Source: Acidobacteriota bacterium (GTDB taxonomy: Bacteria > Acidobacteriota > Polarisedimenticolia > Gp22-AA2). Taken from it: DNA of 64,000 bases. The notes beneath the pieces were generated by a model. The model did no database searches, was not told the origin of the DNA, and saw only the letters and a program-made list of their open reading frames with translations. Made by a program: the position numbers and the translations under genes. The DNA lies in contig JAGYID010000014.1 in NCBI GenBank assembly GCA_018606725.1, forward strand, positions 1,895-65,894, in the 5' to 3' direction. Position 1 is the stretch's first letter. Each line of letters opens with the position of its first letter. Shown here piece by piece: positions 45,379-54,944 of this stretch.

Positions 45379-47955
45379 ATGAGGTCATCGAGACAGGAGA
45401 GGACTGTCCGCAGGCGGGGCCCCGGCGCGATCGTTGGAGCGATCGTGTCGCTTTTGGCCATGTCGCTGTTCGCCCCGCGCGCGGAGGCGGAGATCAGGAA
45501 GGGCAACGTCACCATCAAGCTCGAGACGGTGGCCGCGGGGCTGACCGGTCCGGAGCACCTGACGCACGCCGGCGACGGCTCCGGGCGGCTGTTCATCGTA
45601 GACCAGGCCGGCCAGATCCGGATCGTCAAGAACGGTGTTCTGTTGTCGCGGCCATTCCTCGATCTGACCGCGCTGCTGCCGGCCCTCAACCCGGGGTTCG
45701 ACGAGCGCGGCCTGCTGGGGCTGGCGTTTCATCCGGATTACGTCCACAACGGGCGCTTCTTCGTGCGCTACAGCGCGCCGCGCGCCGGGTCTGCGGGCGA
45801 GCCGTGCTTCGGCACCACCCGCGGCTGCCACGAGGAGATCCTGGCCGAGTTCGGCGTCTCGTCCGACCCGGACCTCGCCAACCCGGGCGGCCGGATCCTG
45901 TTCCGCGTCGACAAGCCGCAGTTCAACCACAACTCCGGCACGGTGGCGTTCGGACCGGACGGCTTCCTGTACTTCACGCTGGGGGACGGCGGCGGCGCCA
46001 ACGACGGACTGGCGGACAACCCGCCGTCGCACGGGCCGTTCGGCAACGCCCAGAACATCGAGGTGCCCCTCGGAAAGATCCTGCGTCTCGACGTCGACAG
46101 CCCGCCGCAGGCGCCGCGGCCGTACGCCACCCCGGCGGACAACCCGTTCCTCGGCCGGGACGGTCTCGACGAGATTTACGCCTACGGGCTGCGCAACCCG
46201 TTCCGTTTCGCGTTCGATGACGGCCCCGGCGGTGACGGCACTTTGTGGCTCGCCGACGTCGGCCAGAACCTGTTCGAAGAGGTCGACACGATCGTCAATG
46301 GCGGCAACTACGGCTGGGTGATCCGGGAAGGATCGCATTGCTTCGATCCGTTCAATCCCCTGACCCCGCCGGCGAGCTGCAGCTCCACGGGTGCGTTCGG
46401 CGAGCCGTTCATCGAGCCGATCGTCGACTATTCACACGCCGAGGGGGGCATCTCGGTCATCGGCGGCTACGTGTACCGGGGCACGCGCTCGCCCGACCTC
46501 ACCGGGAAGTACGTGTTCGGCGATTTCAGTGCCAGCTTCGGAGCGCCCGGCGGCCGTCTCTACTTCCTCGAGCGCCCGGACCCCGACAGCTTCGCGATAC
46601 GCGAGTTCGTCAACGGCCCGGGCGATCGTCCGTACGGACTGTTCCTCAAGGGGTTCGGCGAGGACCAGGACCGGGAGGTGTACGCGCTCGGGTCGACCGC
46701 GCTGGCGCCGACCGGCAACACCGGGGTCGTGCAGCGGATCGTCGAAGTGGTCAACCCCGTCCTCGACATCAAACCGGGCAGCTGTCCGGCGCGGCTGAAC
46801 GGAGTCGCCCGGGGGGTCCTGCCGATGGCGCTTCTCGGAACTCCGGGCTTCGACGTCAACACCATCGACACAGCGACGCTGCGTCTGACCCGCGGCGGCT
46901 CGATCGTGGCGTTCACTGCCACGATCGACGGCGCCCAGGCCGGCACCGGCAGCACGGCGACCGGTCACGGCTCGGCGACGCTCGACACCGCCAGTAATCT
47001 GCTGTGCACCGATGTCAGGTTCTCCGGACTGCTGGGCACGCAGACGAACCAGCACTATCACGGGCCGGCCACGCGAGCCGACAACGCGTCGGTCATCATC
47101 CAGCTCCCGGGACCGGGGAACTTCACGAACTACTGCACGACGATCAGCGACGCGAACGAGCGGACCCTGCTCGCCGGTTTGTCCTACATCAACATCCACT
47201 CGACCCGGAACCCTGGCGGCGAGATCAGGGGGCAGGTCCTGCCGGCCTCGGTCGCGCCGGTCCGCGTCCATGTCGAGGACGTCGGGACGCCATCCGGCGA
47301 AGGGGCGTGCGGCTGCCAGGGATCGGAGCCCGACGGCATCCCGGACCTCGTCCTGCAGTTCGACAACCAGGAGGTCTTCTCCGCCCTCAGGCTGCGCTCC
47401 GGGGGCGACGCCCCGGACACCCTCGCGGTCAGTGGCCACCGGCTGCCCCGGACCGGCTCCGGCCCGACGCGGTTCGAGTTCGACATGGACGGCTCGCAGG
47501 AGGTTCCGCCCAACATCTCGCTCGGCCGCGCGGCGTGCGGCGTCACGCTCGACGAGGCGACCGGCAATGTCAGCGTCGGGTGCACTTACGAAGGGATGAC
47601 CGGCATCACCGCCGCGGCGCACATCCACGGCCTGGCGCAGCCCGGCGTCAACGCGTCGGTGATCGTCCCGCTCACCGAGATCGGCGACCGCTCCGGCACC
47701 ATCACCGGCGGCGGCACCCTGACCCCCGCCCAGGTCCAGGGGATGCTCGACGGCCTGACCTACGTCAACCTGCACACCGACTTCAAGCCGGGCGGCGAGA
47801 TTCGCGGGCAGATCGCCGGCGGCGAGAAATTCGGCGCCAGCGACTGCGTCCAGGTGATCCGGTCGCCCGAGTCCAGGGCGCGGACGACGATGCGCCCGGC
47901 CGCGACCGGCGCGCCGACGGTCCGCCGGCGGCCGACCTCGAGCGGCCCTCGATGA
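45379..47955 (+). CDS. Secreted PQQ-dependent soluble sugar dehydrogenase (GSDH/YliI beta-propeller family) with two C-terminal CHRD domains.
   Basis: Signal peptide, GSDH-like propeller motifs (HNSGTVAFGPDGFLYFTLGDGG, YAYGLRNPFRFAFD), then two CHRD-like repeats (HIHSTRNPGGEIRGQV and NLHTDFKPGGEIRGQI). Confidence 0.8.
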   Translation: MRSSRQERTVRRRGPGAIVGAIVSLLAMSLFAPRAEAEIRKGNVTIKLETVAAGLTGPEHLTHAGDGSGRLFIVDQAGQIRIVKNGVLLSRPFLDLTALLPALNPGFDERGLLGLAFHPDYVHNGRFFVRYSAPRAGSAGEPCFGTTRGCHEEILAEFGVSSDPDLANPGGRILFRVDKPQFNHNSGTVAFGPDGFLYFTLGDGGGANDGLADNPPSHGPFGNAQNIEVPLGKILRLDVDSPPQAPRPYATPADNPFLGRDGLDEIYAYGLRNPFRFAFDDGPGGDGTLWLADVGQNLFEEVDTIVNGGNYGWVIREGSHCFDPFNPLTPPASCSSTGAFGEPFIEPIVDYSHAEGGISVIGGYVYRGTRSPDLTGKYVFGDFSASFGAPGGRLYFLERPDPDSFAIREFVNGPGDRPYGLFLKGFGEDQDREVYALGSTALAPTGNTGVVQRIVEVVNPVLDIKPGSCPARLNGVARGVLPMALLGTPGFDVNTIDTATLRLTRGGSIVAFTATIDGAQAGTGSTATGHGSATLDTASNLLCTDVRFSGLLGTQTNQHYHGPATRADNASVIIQLPGPGNFTNYCTTISDANERTLLAGLSYINIHSTRNPGGEIRGQVLPASVAPVRVHVEDVGTPSGEGACGCQGSEPDGIPDLVLQFDNQEVFSALRLRSGGDAPDTLAVSGHRLPRTGSGPTRFEFDMDGSQEVPPNISLGRAACGVTLDEATGNVSVGCTYEGMTGITAAAHIHGLAQPGVNASVIVPLTEIGDRSGTITGGGTLTPAQVQGMLDGLTYVNLHTDFKPGGEIRGQIAGGEKFGASDCVQVIRSPESRARTTMRPAATGAPTVRRRPTSSGPR

Positions 47956-49031
47956 ACAACCGACGCCGGGGGCGGCTCGCGGCCCCCGCCGCCGTGATGA
48001 TCGCGGTCGTTATCGTCATGACGATCGCGCTCGTCACGCCGCGGGCCGCCTTCGGCGCCTTCGTGACGATGGGGGCCTCCAGGGACAACACGCTGATCGA
48101 GAACGCCACCGGGGCGTTCAGCGACGGCGCCGGACCGAGTTTCTTCGTCGGCAGGGTCGATGTCATCAGCGGCGGACTCAAACGGCGCGGGGTGATCGCC
48201 TTCAACGTCGCCGGCGGAATCCCGGCCGGCTCGACCATCGTCAGCGTCAGCCTGCGCCTCAACATGTCCAGGTCGACCACGGCGCTGCAGTCGGTGTCCC
48301 TCCACCGGCTGCTGTCCGATTGGGGCGAGGGCACGTCGGTCGCGACCGGCGGGGGCGGCGGCGGGGCGCCATCGACGGCAAACGACGCGACCTGGATCCA
48401 CACCTTCTACAACACCCTCCTCTGGGCGATTCCCGGCGGCGATTACACTGGCACGCCCAGCACCACGATCCAGGTCGGCCCGGTCGGTCAATACACCTTC
48501 CTGTCGACGCCCGGGATGGTGGCCGACGTCCAGGCCTGGCTGGACACCCCGGCGCGGAGCTTCGGCTGGATCGTCATCGGCAACGAGGCGGTCATCGCCA
48601 CCGCGAAACGCTTCGACACCAAGGAGAATCCCCTCGCCGCCGCGCGGCCGATGCTGACGGTCGAGTACGCCGCCGCCGTGCCCCCGGCGGGACGGGTCCC
48701 CGAGGGAGGCACGGCGGGGCCGCCGCTCACCGTCGTGAGCGCCGGTGCCGGCACTCTTCGGCTGAGCTGGGGCGGCTCCTGTCTTTCGACCGACACCGAT
48801 TACGAGATCTATGCGGGGACCATCGGAACCTTCTCCAGCTACGCGCCGCTCACCTGCAGCACCGCCGGGGCGACCGCGATGACCATCACCCCGGCGGCCG
48901 GGAGCCAGTTCTACCTCGTCGTGCCGCGCAACGCAGCGCGCGAAGGATCGTACGGCATCGACAGCCAGGGACGCGAGCGCCCCGCGGGGGCCGGCGCCTG
49001 CCTGCAACAGGCGATCGGCGCCTGTCCGTAG
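47952..49031 (+). CDS. Secreted DNRLRE-domain protein with a C-terminal FN3/Ig-like domain.
   Basis: ATGA overlap with the upstream gene. N-terminal TM/signal, then SRDNTLIEN (DNRLRE-type motif). Confidence 0.6.
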   Translation: MNNRRRGRLAAPAAVMIAVVIVMTIALVTPRAAFGAFVTMGASRDNTLIENATGAFSDGAGPSFFVGRVDVISGGLKRRGVIAFNVAGGIPAGSTIVSVSLRLNMSRSTTALQSVSLHRLLSDWGEGTSVATGGGGGGAPSTANDATWIHTFYNTLLWAIPGGDYTGTPSTTIQVGPVGQYTFLSTPGMVADVQAWLDTPARSFGWIVIGNEAVIATAKRFDTKENPLAAARPMLTVEYAAAVPPAGRVPEGGTAGPPLTVVSAGAGTLRLSWGGSCLSTDTDYEIYAGTIGTFSSYAPLTCSTAGATAMTITPAAGSQFYLVVPRNAAREGSYGIDSQGRERPAGAGACLQQAIGACP

Positions 49032-49054
49032 GAGCCGGTCCGGACGCCGGTGCG

Positions 49055-50107
49055 TCAGGCCGTGGCCCCGCCGCAGGAGGAGCCGGAGCCGGCGGTGCAG
49101 CCGTAGCAGTGGTTACCGGTGACGACGCGCCGGGCGTGCAGGACCGACGGGTCGAAGTCGCGGATGTGGGCCGGCGCGCCGTGGGCGAGGGTCAGGTCGA
49201 GCATCTGGTTGAAGTCGCAGTCGTACAGCCGCCCGTCCCATCCGACGGAGAGGGTATACCGGCACATTACCCCGGCGGCAGCCACCGGGTTGAAGGCGTT
49301 TACCAGCCGCTCCATGTACCCCTCGTAATTGCCGGAGCGGATCAGGAACTCGAGGAAGCGGCTGATCGGCATGTTGGTGATGGTGTACAGGTTGTTGAAG
49401 ACGATGCCGTGCTCGTGGGCCAGCCGCTGCCGGAAGTGCGCCTCCTGCGACGGCTGCGCCGGGGGCAGGAACGCGCCGACGGGATTGGTGACCAGGTTCA
49501 GGACGAGGCCGCTGCCGTCGCAGCCGTAGCCGAGACCGTTCAGAACCCGCAGAGCCTGGAGCGACTTATCGAAAACGCCGGCGCCGCGCTGGGCGTCGGT
49601 CTGCGACGGGACGACCGACGGGAGCGAGGCGACAATCTCGACGCGGTGCCGCGCCAGGAAGCCGCCGAGATCCCCCTGCGACGGCAGCAGCAGGACGCTC
49701 AGGTTGCAGCGGTCCATGACCCGCCGGCCGAGCCGCCGTGACTCCTCGACCAGGTAACGGAAGGCGGGGTTCAGCTCCGGCGCGCCGCCGGTGATGTCGA
49801 CCGCCGGGATGTCGGTGCGCGCCAGCGCCGCCATGCACGCCTCGGCCGTGGCCTGGGTCATGACCTCGGCGCGATCGGGCCCGGCGTCGACGTGGCAGTG
49901 GCCGCAGGTCTGGTTGCACAGCTTGCCGACGTTGATCTGGAACACCGTGATGCCGGTGGCCCGCAGCGGCGCGAGCCGGGCGCCGGCCAGCATCGCGTCG
50001 AAGCGCGGTTGGCCGTTGGGCGACTCCAGTAGGCGCACCTGCTCGCCCGGCGCGGCCAATGCGCTGCCGCGCGCCTTGAGGCTCCGGGTCGGAGGAGGCA
50101 CCGGCAT
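49055..50107 (-). CDS. arsS: Arsenosugar-biosynthesis radical SAM protein ArsS.
   Basis: CNQTCGHCH radical-SAM cluster motif and C-terminal Cys-rich tail (HCYGCTAGSGSSCGG), characteristic of the ArsS family. Confidence 0.75.
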   Translation of the reverse strand: MPVPPPTRSLKARGSALAAPGEQVRLLESPNGQPRFDAMLAGARLAPLRATGITVFQINVGKLCNQTCGHCHVDAGPDRAEVMTQATAEACMAALARTDIPAVDITGGAPELNPAFRYLVEESRRLGRRVMDRCNLSVLLLPSQGDLGGFLARHRVEIVASLPSVVPSQTDAQRGAGVFDKSLQALRVLNGLGYGCDGSGLVLNLVTNPVGAFLPPAQPSQEAHFRQRLAHEHGIVFNNLYTITNMPISRFLEFLIRSGNYEGYMERLVNAFNPVAAAGVMCRYTLSVGWDGRLYDCDFNQMLDLTLAHGAPAHIRDFDPSVLHARRVVTGNHCYGCTAGSGSSCGGATA

Positions 50108-50111
50108 CTCC

Positions 50112-50444
50112 CTACATCGAGATTTTGGTGGCGACGTTCCGCATCTGCACGCCGTGCACGAGCGACGCACCTCCCCGGATGGCGCAGGTGACGTGCACCG
50201 CTTCGGTCATCTCCTCGACGCTGGACCCCTTCTCCAGGCAGGCCTGCGTGTAGGCGTCGATGCAGTACGGACACTGGACCGCGTGCGCCACCGCCAGCGC
50301 GATCAGCGCCTTCTCCCGCTCGGTCAGCGCCCCCTCGGCGAACACGGCGCCGTAGTAGGCCATGAACTTCTCCCACAACGCCGGGTTCCCCTTCCCCATG
50401 TCGGCGAAATGACCGAGATCCTTCGGGTGGTAATAGGTCTCCAT
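50112..50444 (-). CDS. Carboxymuconolactone-decarboxylase (CMD/AhpD)-family, arsenosugar-associated peroxidase-like protein.
   Basis: 110 aa with the CMD core AVAHAVQCPYCIDAYT. Sits 4 nt upstream of arsS on the same strand. Confidence 0.7.
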   Translation of the reverse strand: METYYHPKDLGHFADMGKGNPALWEKFMAYYGAVFAEGALTEREKALIALAVAHAVQCPYCIDAYTQACLEKGSSVEEMTEAVHVTCAIRGGASLVHGVQMRNVATKISM

Positions 50445-50640
50445 GATGCGCCTCCTCAATGCCGCGCCTCCTGAATGACGCGCCTCCTGACGCGGCGACG
50501 GGCCGGAACGGCTGGACGATGCCGGGAACGCCGCGCAGCGTATCACCGGCGGCGCCGGCCGTCGAGGCTGGCCCGCGGTCCTGCTCCGCGTACTCCGGAC
50601 TCCGGTCGGCATGCTCGCGCTCCTGTATAATCCCGCCCTC

Positions 50641-51561
50641 ATGAGCCGCGCCAAACAGGGATCGAGAGACGCGAAGCAGGGACCGGGAGAGGCGAAGCGG
50701 ACGTCCGGGGAGACCACCCGGCGGGTCGAGGCGGTCATCGATCCCCAGGGGGTCCTCGAAGGAGCCGGGGTCAGGCTGCGCCGCAGCATCGGCACGCGGG
50801 AGATGAATTATCTCGACCCGTTCCTCCTGCTCGACGACTTCGGCTCGCACGACCCGCGGGACTACGAGGCCGGCTTCCCGATGCACCCGCACCGTGGCAT
50901 CGAGACGGTCACCTACGTCCTGTCGGGCGCGGTGCGTCACAAGGACACGCTCGGAAACTCCGGCAGCATCGGCGCCGGAGACATCCAGTGGATGACCTCC
51001 GGGCGCGGCATCCTGCACGAGGAGATGCCGCAGGTCCGGCCCGAGGGGATCGCCGGCTTCCAGCTCTGGGTGAACCTCCCCGCGAAGGCGAAGATGACGG
51101 CGCCGCGCTACCAGGACGTGCGGGCCGACCGCATCCCCGAGTACACGACCCCCGACGGCGCGCGCATCCGGGTGGTGGCGGGGACGGCCGGCGACGTGCG
51201 AGGGGCGGTGACCGACATCGCCGCCGACCCGATCTATCTCGACGTCCTGGTACCGCCCCGGAGCGTTTACCGCGGCCCGGTCGAGCGCGGCCACACCGCC
51301 TTCGCGTACGTGTTCCAAGGGAGCGCCCGCTTCCCCGGCCCGGGCCGCGAAGAGGTGGCCGTCCCGAGCCCCCGCCTGGTCGTCCTGGGCGACGGCGACG
51401 AGGTCCGCGTCACCACGGCCGACGAGCCGGCGCGCTTCCTGCTGGTCTCCGGCAAGCCGCTCCACGAGCCGATCGCGCGCTATGGACCGTTCGTGATGAA
51501 CACCCGCGAGGAGATCGAGCAGGCGCTCGAGGACCTCCGCCGCGGCACCTTCGTCACCTAG
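50641..51561 (+). CDS. Pirin-family protein (cupin).
   Basis: Pirin N-terminal metal-site region HPHRGIETVTYVLSG...H...E, then the C-terminal cupin. Confidence 0.8.
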   Translation: MSRAKQGSRDAKQGPGEAKRTSGETTRRVEAVIDPQGVLEGAGVRLRRSIGTREMNYLDPFLLLDDFGSHDPRDYEAGFPMHPHRGIETVTYVLSGAVRHKDTLGNSGSIGAGDIQWMTSGRGILHEEMPQVRPEGIAGFQLWVNLPAKAKMTAPRYQDVRADRIPEYTTPDGARIRVVAGTAGDVRGAVTDIAADPIYLDVLVPPRSVYRGPVERGHTAFAYVFQGSARFPGPGREEVAVPSPRLVVLGDGDEVRVTTADEPARFLLVSGKPLHEPIARYGPFVMNTREEIEQALEDLRRGTFVT

Positions 51562-51677
51562 AAGCGCGGCCCGGCCGGGCCCCTCCTGACGCCCGGCCGC
51601 CCCATGCTAAGATTCGCTCCAATCGAACGGAACCTCGACACGCCGAGAAAAGGAGGCGCGCCGTGCGACACATTCTG

Positions 51678-53045
51678 ATGCCGATTTTCAGGGGACTTAA
51701 GACTGGCACTCGGGTGCGGGAACGGATGACCCGCGGAGCGGCGATCTTCGCCGCGGTTCTCTTCGCCGCGGGCCCGGCCGTGGCAGTTGCTGACGAAACG
51801 TGCATGTCGCCCTACATGGCCAAGATCACCTCGCAGGAGGACTTCGTCTACGTCTGGACCCTCGGCACGAAGGGGGTCGGCGACGAGTCCGACAAGCTGG
51901 TGACCATCGATGCGCGCCCCGGGTCGAAGACCTACGGCAAGGTGGTGAACACGCTGTCGGTCGGCGGGCGCAACGAGGCGCATCACGCCGGCTTCACCGA
52001 CGATCGGCGCTACCTCTGGGCCAGCGGTCTCGACACCAGCAAAATCTTCGTATTCGACGTCGCCACCGATCCGGCCCGGCCGCGGCTGCACAAGACGATC
52101 GCCGACTTCGTCGCCAAGACGGGCGGGGTCGTCGGGCCGCACTCCCTGTACGCCCTCCCCGGGCGCATGCTGATGACCGGCCTGTCGAACGACAAGGACC
52201 ATGGCGGCCGCACCGCGCTCGTGGAGTACGGCAATCAGGGCGCCTACATCGCCACCCACTGGATGCCGACGGCCGCCGATCCGCGCGGCGCCGCCATCGA
52301 GAAGGTCGCCGACGGCTACGGCTACGACGCGCGCGTCCTGCCGCGCCGCAACGTCATGCTGACCTCGTCGTTCACCGGCTGGTCGAACTACATGATGGAC
52401 TTCGGCAAGATGTTGCAGGACCCCGAGGCGATGAAGCGCTTCGGCCAGACGGTCGTGGTCTGGGACCTGCACGCCCGCAAGCCGCTGAAGGTCCTCGACG
52501 TGCCGGGATCGCCGCTCGAGATTCGCTTCGCCTGGGGGGCGAGGCACAACTACGCCTTCACCAGCAGCGCCCTCACCTCCAAACTGTGGCTCATCCACGA
52601 AGACAGCCCGAACGTCTGGAAGGCGCAGGCGGTCGCCGACATCGCCGACCCGTCGAAGGTCCCGCTGCCGGTCGACATCAGCCTGAGCGCCGACGACAAA
52701 AGCCTGTGGGTCGACACCTTCATGGACGGCATGGCGCGGTTGTTCGACGTCAGCGACCCGTTCCATCCGAAGCAGGTGTACGAGAAGAAGATCGGCGCGC
52801 AGCTCAACATGGTGTCGCAGAGCTGGGACGGGGCGCGCGTCTACTTCACCTCCTCGCTGCTGGCGAACTGGGACAAGAAGGGTCAGGACGACGAGCAGTT
52901 CCTGAAGGCCTACGCCTGGGACGGCAAGGAGCTGACCGAGAAGTTCGCCGTCGACTTCTACGCCGAGAAGCTCGGCCGCCCGCACATCATGCACTTCGGC
53001 GCCTACAGCCTGTACGGCAAGACCGGCATCGCGGCGGGCAAGTAG
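51678..53045 (+). CDS. Selenium-binding protein (SBP56 family; methanethiol-oxidase-like), exported.
   Basis: Signal peptide, then SBP56 homology over the whole length (HHAGFTDDRRYLWASGL..., C-terminal HFGAYSLYGK). Confidence 0.8.
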   Translation: MPIFRGLKTGTRVRERMTRGAAIFAAVLFAAGPAVAVADETCMSPYMAKITSQEDFVYVWTLGTKGVGDESDKLVTIDARPGSKTYGKVVNTLSVGGRNEAHHAGFTDDRRYLWASGLDTSKIFVFDVATDPARPRLHKTIADFVAKTGGVVGPHSLYALPGRMLMTGLSNDKDHGGRTALVEYGNQGAYIATHWMPTAADPRGAAIEKVADGYGYDARVLPRRNVMLTSSFTGWSNYMMDFGKMLQDPEAMKRFGQTVVVWDLHARKPLKVLDVPGSPLEIRFAWGARHNYAFTSSALTSKLWLIHEDSPNVWKAQAVADIADPSKVPLPVDISLSADDKSLWVDTFMDGMARLFDVSDPFHPKQVYEKKIGAQLNMVSQSWDGARVYFTSSLLANWDKKGQDDEQFLKAYAWDGKELTEKFAVDFYAEKLGRPHIMHFGAYSLYGKTGIAAGK

Positions 53046-53231
53046 CTGGTCCGCGCCCGCCTCGTTCCGCCGACAGGGGCCTTTCTCCTGTCGCTGGCGC
53101 TCGCCTGCGCCGGCCTGCTGGAGCCGGCGGCATCCGGAGCGGCGGCGCCAGCCGGAGCGCCGCCGCCGGCCGATCAAGAAGCCGCCGCGCGGGATGACGC
53201 CGCCGAGGCTCCGCCCGCCGGGCTGGAATAC

Positions 53232-54905
53232 GTGCCGCCGGCGCCGGGGAGCTATGCGCTGCCACCGATCCAGCCGGCGGCAGACGGCGCGGTGATCGAC
53301 GCCGACGGAACGCCGCGCCGGCTGTTCGACTACCTCGGCGATCGCGACATCCTGCTCAGCTTCGTGTACACGCGCTGCACCGACACCGAAGGCTGCCCGC
53401 TCGCGACCGGCGTCCTGGAGATGGTCCGCGAGGGGCTCGCGAAGGATCCGGAGCTGGCGGCGATGGTGCGTCTGGTGACCCTGAGCTTCGACCCGGAGCG
53501 CGACAGCCCGGGCGCCATGCGCCGCTATGCCCTGCACGCCGGCGGCATCGACCCCGGCACCCGCTGGAACGAGCGGCCGTGGGTCTTTCTCACCACCGCG
53601 TCCAGGGCCCGGCTGCAGCCGATCCTCGACGGCTACGGGCAGTCGGTGGTGCGAGAGCTCGACGCCGCCGGCCGGCCGACCGGTGATTTCACCCACGTGC
53701 TCAAGGTCTTCCTCATCGATCGCCGGAAGCGGGTGCGCAACATCTACAGCACCAGCTTCCTGCACCCGGCGATCGCCCTCAACGACCTCAAGACCCTGGC
53801 GCTGGAGGAGGTCGACCCGCGGGCGCTCGGGCGCGTCCGGCATCCGCCGCGCGGCCTGCCGCCGGTGCCGCTGCCGGCGGACGACCCACCGACGATCCCG
53901 AAGCTCCGCCTCGGGCGGAAGCTGTTCCTCGACCGGCGCCTGTCGCGCAACGGCACCCTGTCCTGCGCCATGTGCCACGTGCCGGAGCAGGGCTTCGCCG
54001 TCAACGAGACCCGCACGGCCGTGGGCTTCGAGGGCCGGACGCTGCGCCGCAACGCCCCGACCCTGCTCAACGTGGCGTACGCCGCGCCGTTTTTCCACGA
54101 CGGCCGCGAGCCGGCGCTGGAGATGCAGCCGTTCGACGTGTTTCTCAATCCCGATGAGATGGCGGCGCCGTCGCTGGGCGCCCTGGTGGAGACGGTCCGG
54201 TCATTGCCGGACTACGCGCCGCTGTTCGAGGCGGCCTTCCGCGCCCAGCCGGGCGTCGAGGCCATCGGCCGGTCGATCGCCGCCTACCTGCGCACCCTGC
54301 TGTCGGCGAACTCGCCGTTCGATCGCTGGCGCTTCGGCAAGGACGGGGCGGCGCTGGGCGCCGCGGCGCAGCGCGGCTTCGCGCTGTTCACCGGCCGGGG
54401 CCGCTGCGCGTCGTGCCACCGCATCGGCGACGATGCAGCCCTGTTCACCGATCACCAGTTTCACGACACCGGAGTGGCGTGGTTCGCCGCCGAGACCCGG
54501 CGGACGGAGACCGGGCCGGTGACCGTGCAGCTCGCCCCGGGCGTGACGGCGCCGCTGTCGCGCGCGGCGGTCGACAGCGTCGGCGGGCCGGCGGCGAACG
54601 ACCTGGGTCGTTACGAGGCGACCGGCGATCCGGCCGATCGGTTCCGCATCAAGACGCCGACGCTGCGGAATGTCGCGCTCACCGCGCCGTACATGCACGA
54701 CGGGTCGCTGTCGACGCTGCGGGAGGTGGTGGAGTTCTACGACCGCGGAGCGCGCCCGCACGAGGGCCTCGATCCGATCCTGAAGCCGCTCGACCTTCGG
54801 GAGGGCGAGGTCGACGATTTGGTGACGTTCCTGGAGAGCCTCACCGGCGACAACATCGACGAGCTGGTCCGCGACGCGCGCAGCGAGGCGGTGGGAAATC
54901 CGTGA
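53232..54905 (+). CDS. SCO1/SenC-like thioredoxin-fold domain fused to a di-haem cytochrome c peroxidase (CCP/MauG family).
   Basis: SCO-like FVYTRCTDTEGCP motif, then two haem-binding sites CAMCH and CASCH and the CCP C-terminal PTLRNVALTAPYMHDGS. The true start may lie upstream, near 53046, giving a lipoprotein-type signal (LSLALAC) from a non-ATG codon. Confidence 0.75.
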   Translation: MPPAPGSYALPPIQPAADGAVIDADGTPRRLFDYLGDRDILLSFVYTRCTDTEGCPLATGVLEMVREGLAKDPELAAMVRLVTLSFDPERDSPGAMRRYALHAGGIDPGTRWNERPWVFLTTASRARLQPILDGYGQSVVRELDAAGRPTGDFTHVLKVFLIDRRKRVRNIYSTSFLHPAIALNDLKTLALEEVDPRALGRVRHPPRGLPPVPLPADDPPTIPKLRLGRKLFLDRRLSRNGTLSCAMCHVPEQGFAVNETRTAVGFEGRTLRRNAPTLLNVAYAAPFFHDGREPALEMQPFDVFLNPDEMAAPSLGALVETVRSLPDYAPLFEAAFRAQPGVEAIGRSIAAYLRTLLSANSPFDRWRFGKDGAALGAAAQRGFALFTGRGRCASCHRIGDDAALFTDHQFHDTGVAWFAAETRRTETGPVTVQLAPGVTAPLSRAAVDSVGGPAANDLGRYEATGDPADRFRIKTPTLRNVALTAPYMHDGSLSTLREVVEFYDRGARPHEGLDPILKPLDLREGEVDDLVTFLESLTGDNIDELVRDARSEAVGNP

Positions 54906-54944
54906 TCGCGTGGTCCGTGACCGGGTCGTCCGCGGGCGGCGGGC

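Noticed and set aside
46432-47775. 447-aa minus-strand ORF inside the sugar dehydrogenase gene.
   Set aside because: Antisense artefact. The plus-strand protein has GSDH propeller and CHRD motifs.
53046-53231. Possible N-terminal extension of the SCO1-CCP gene from a CTG codon, giving a lipoprotein-like signal (LSLALAC).
   Set aside because: It would require a rare non-ATG/GTG start and no RBS was identified. The call was left at the first ATG and the uncertainty flagged.
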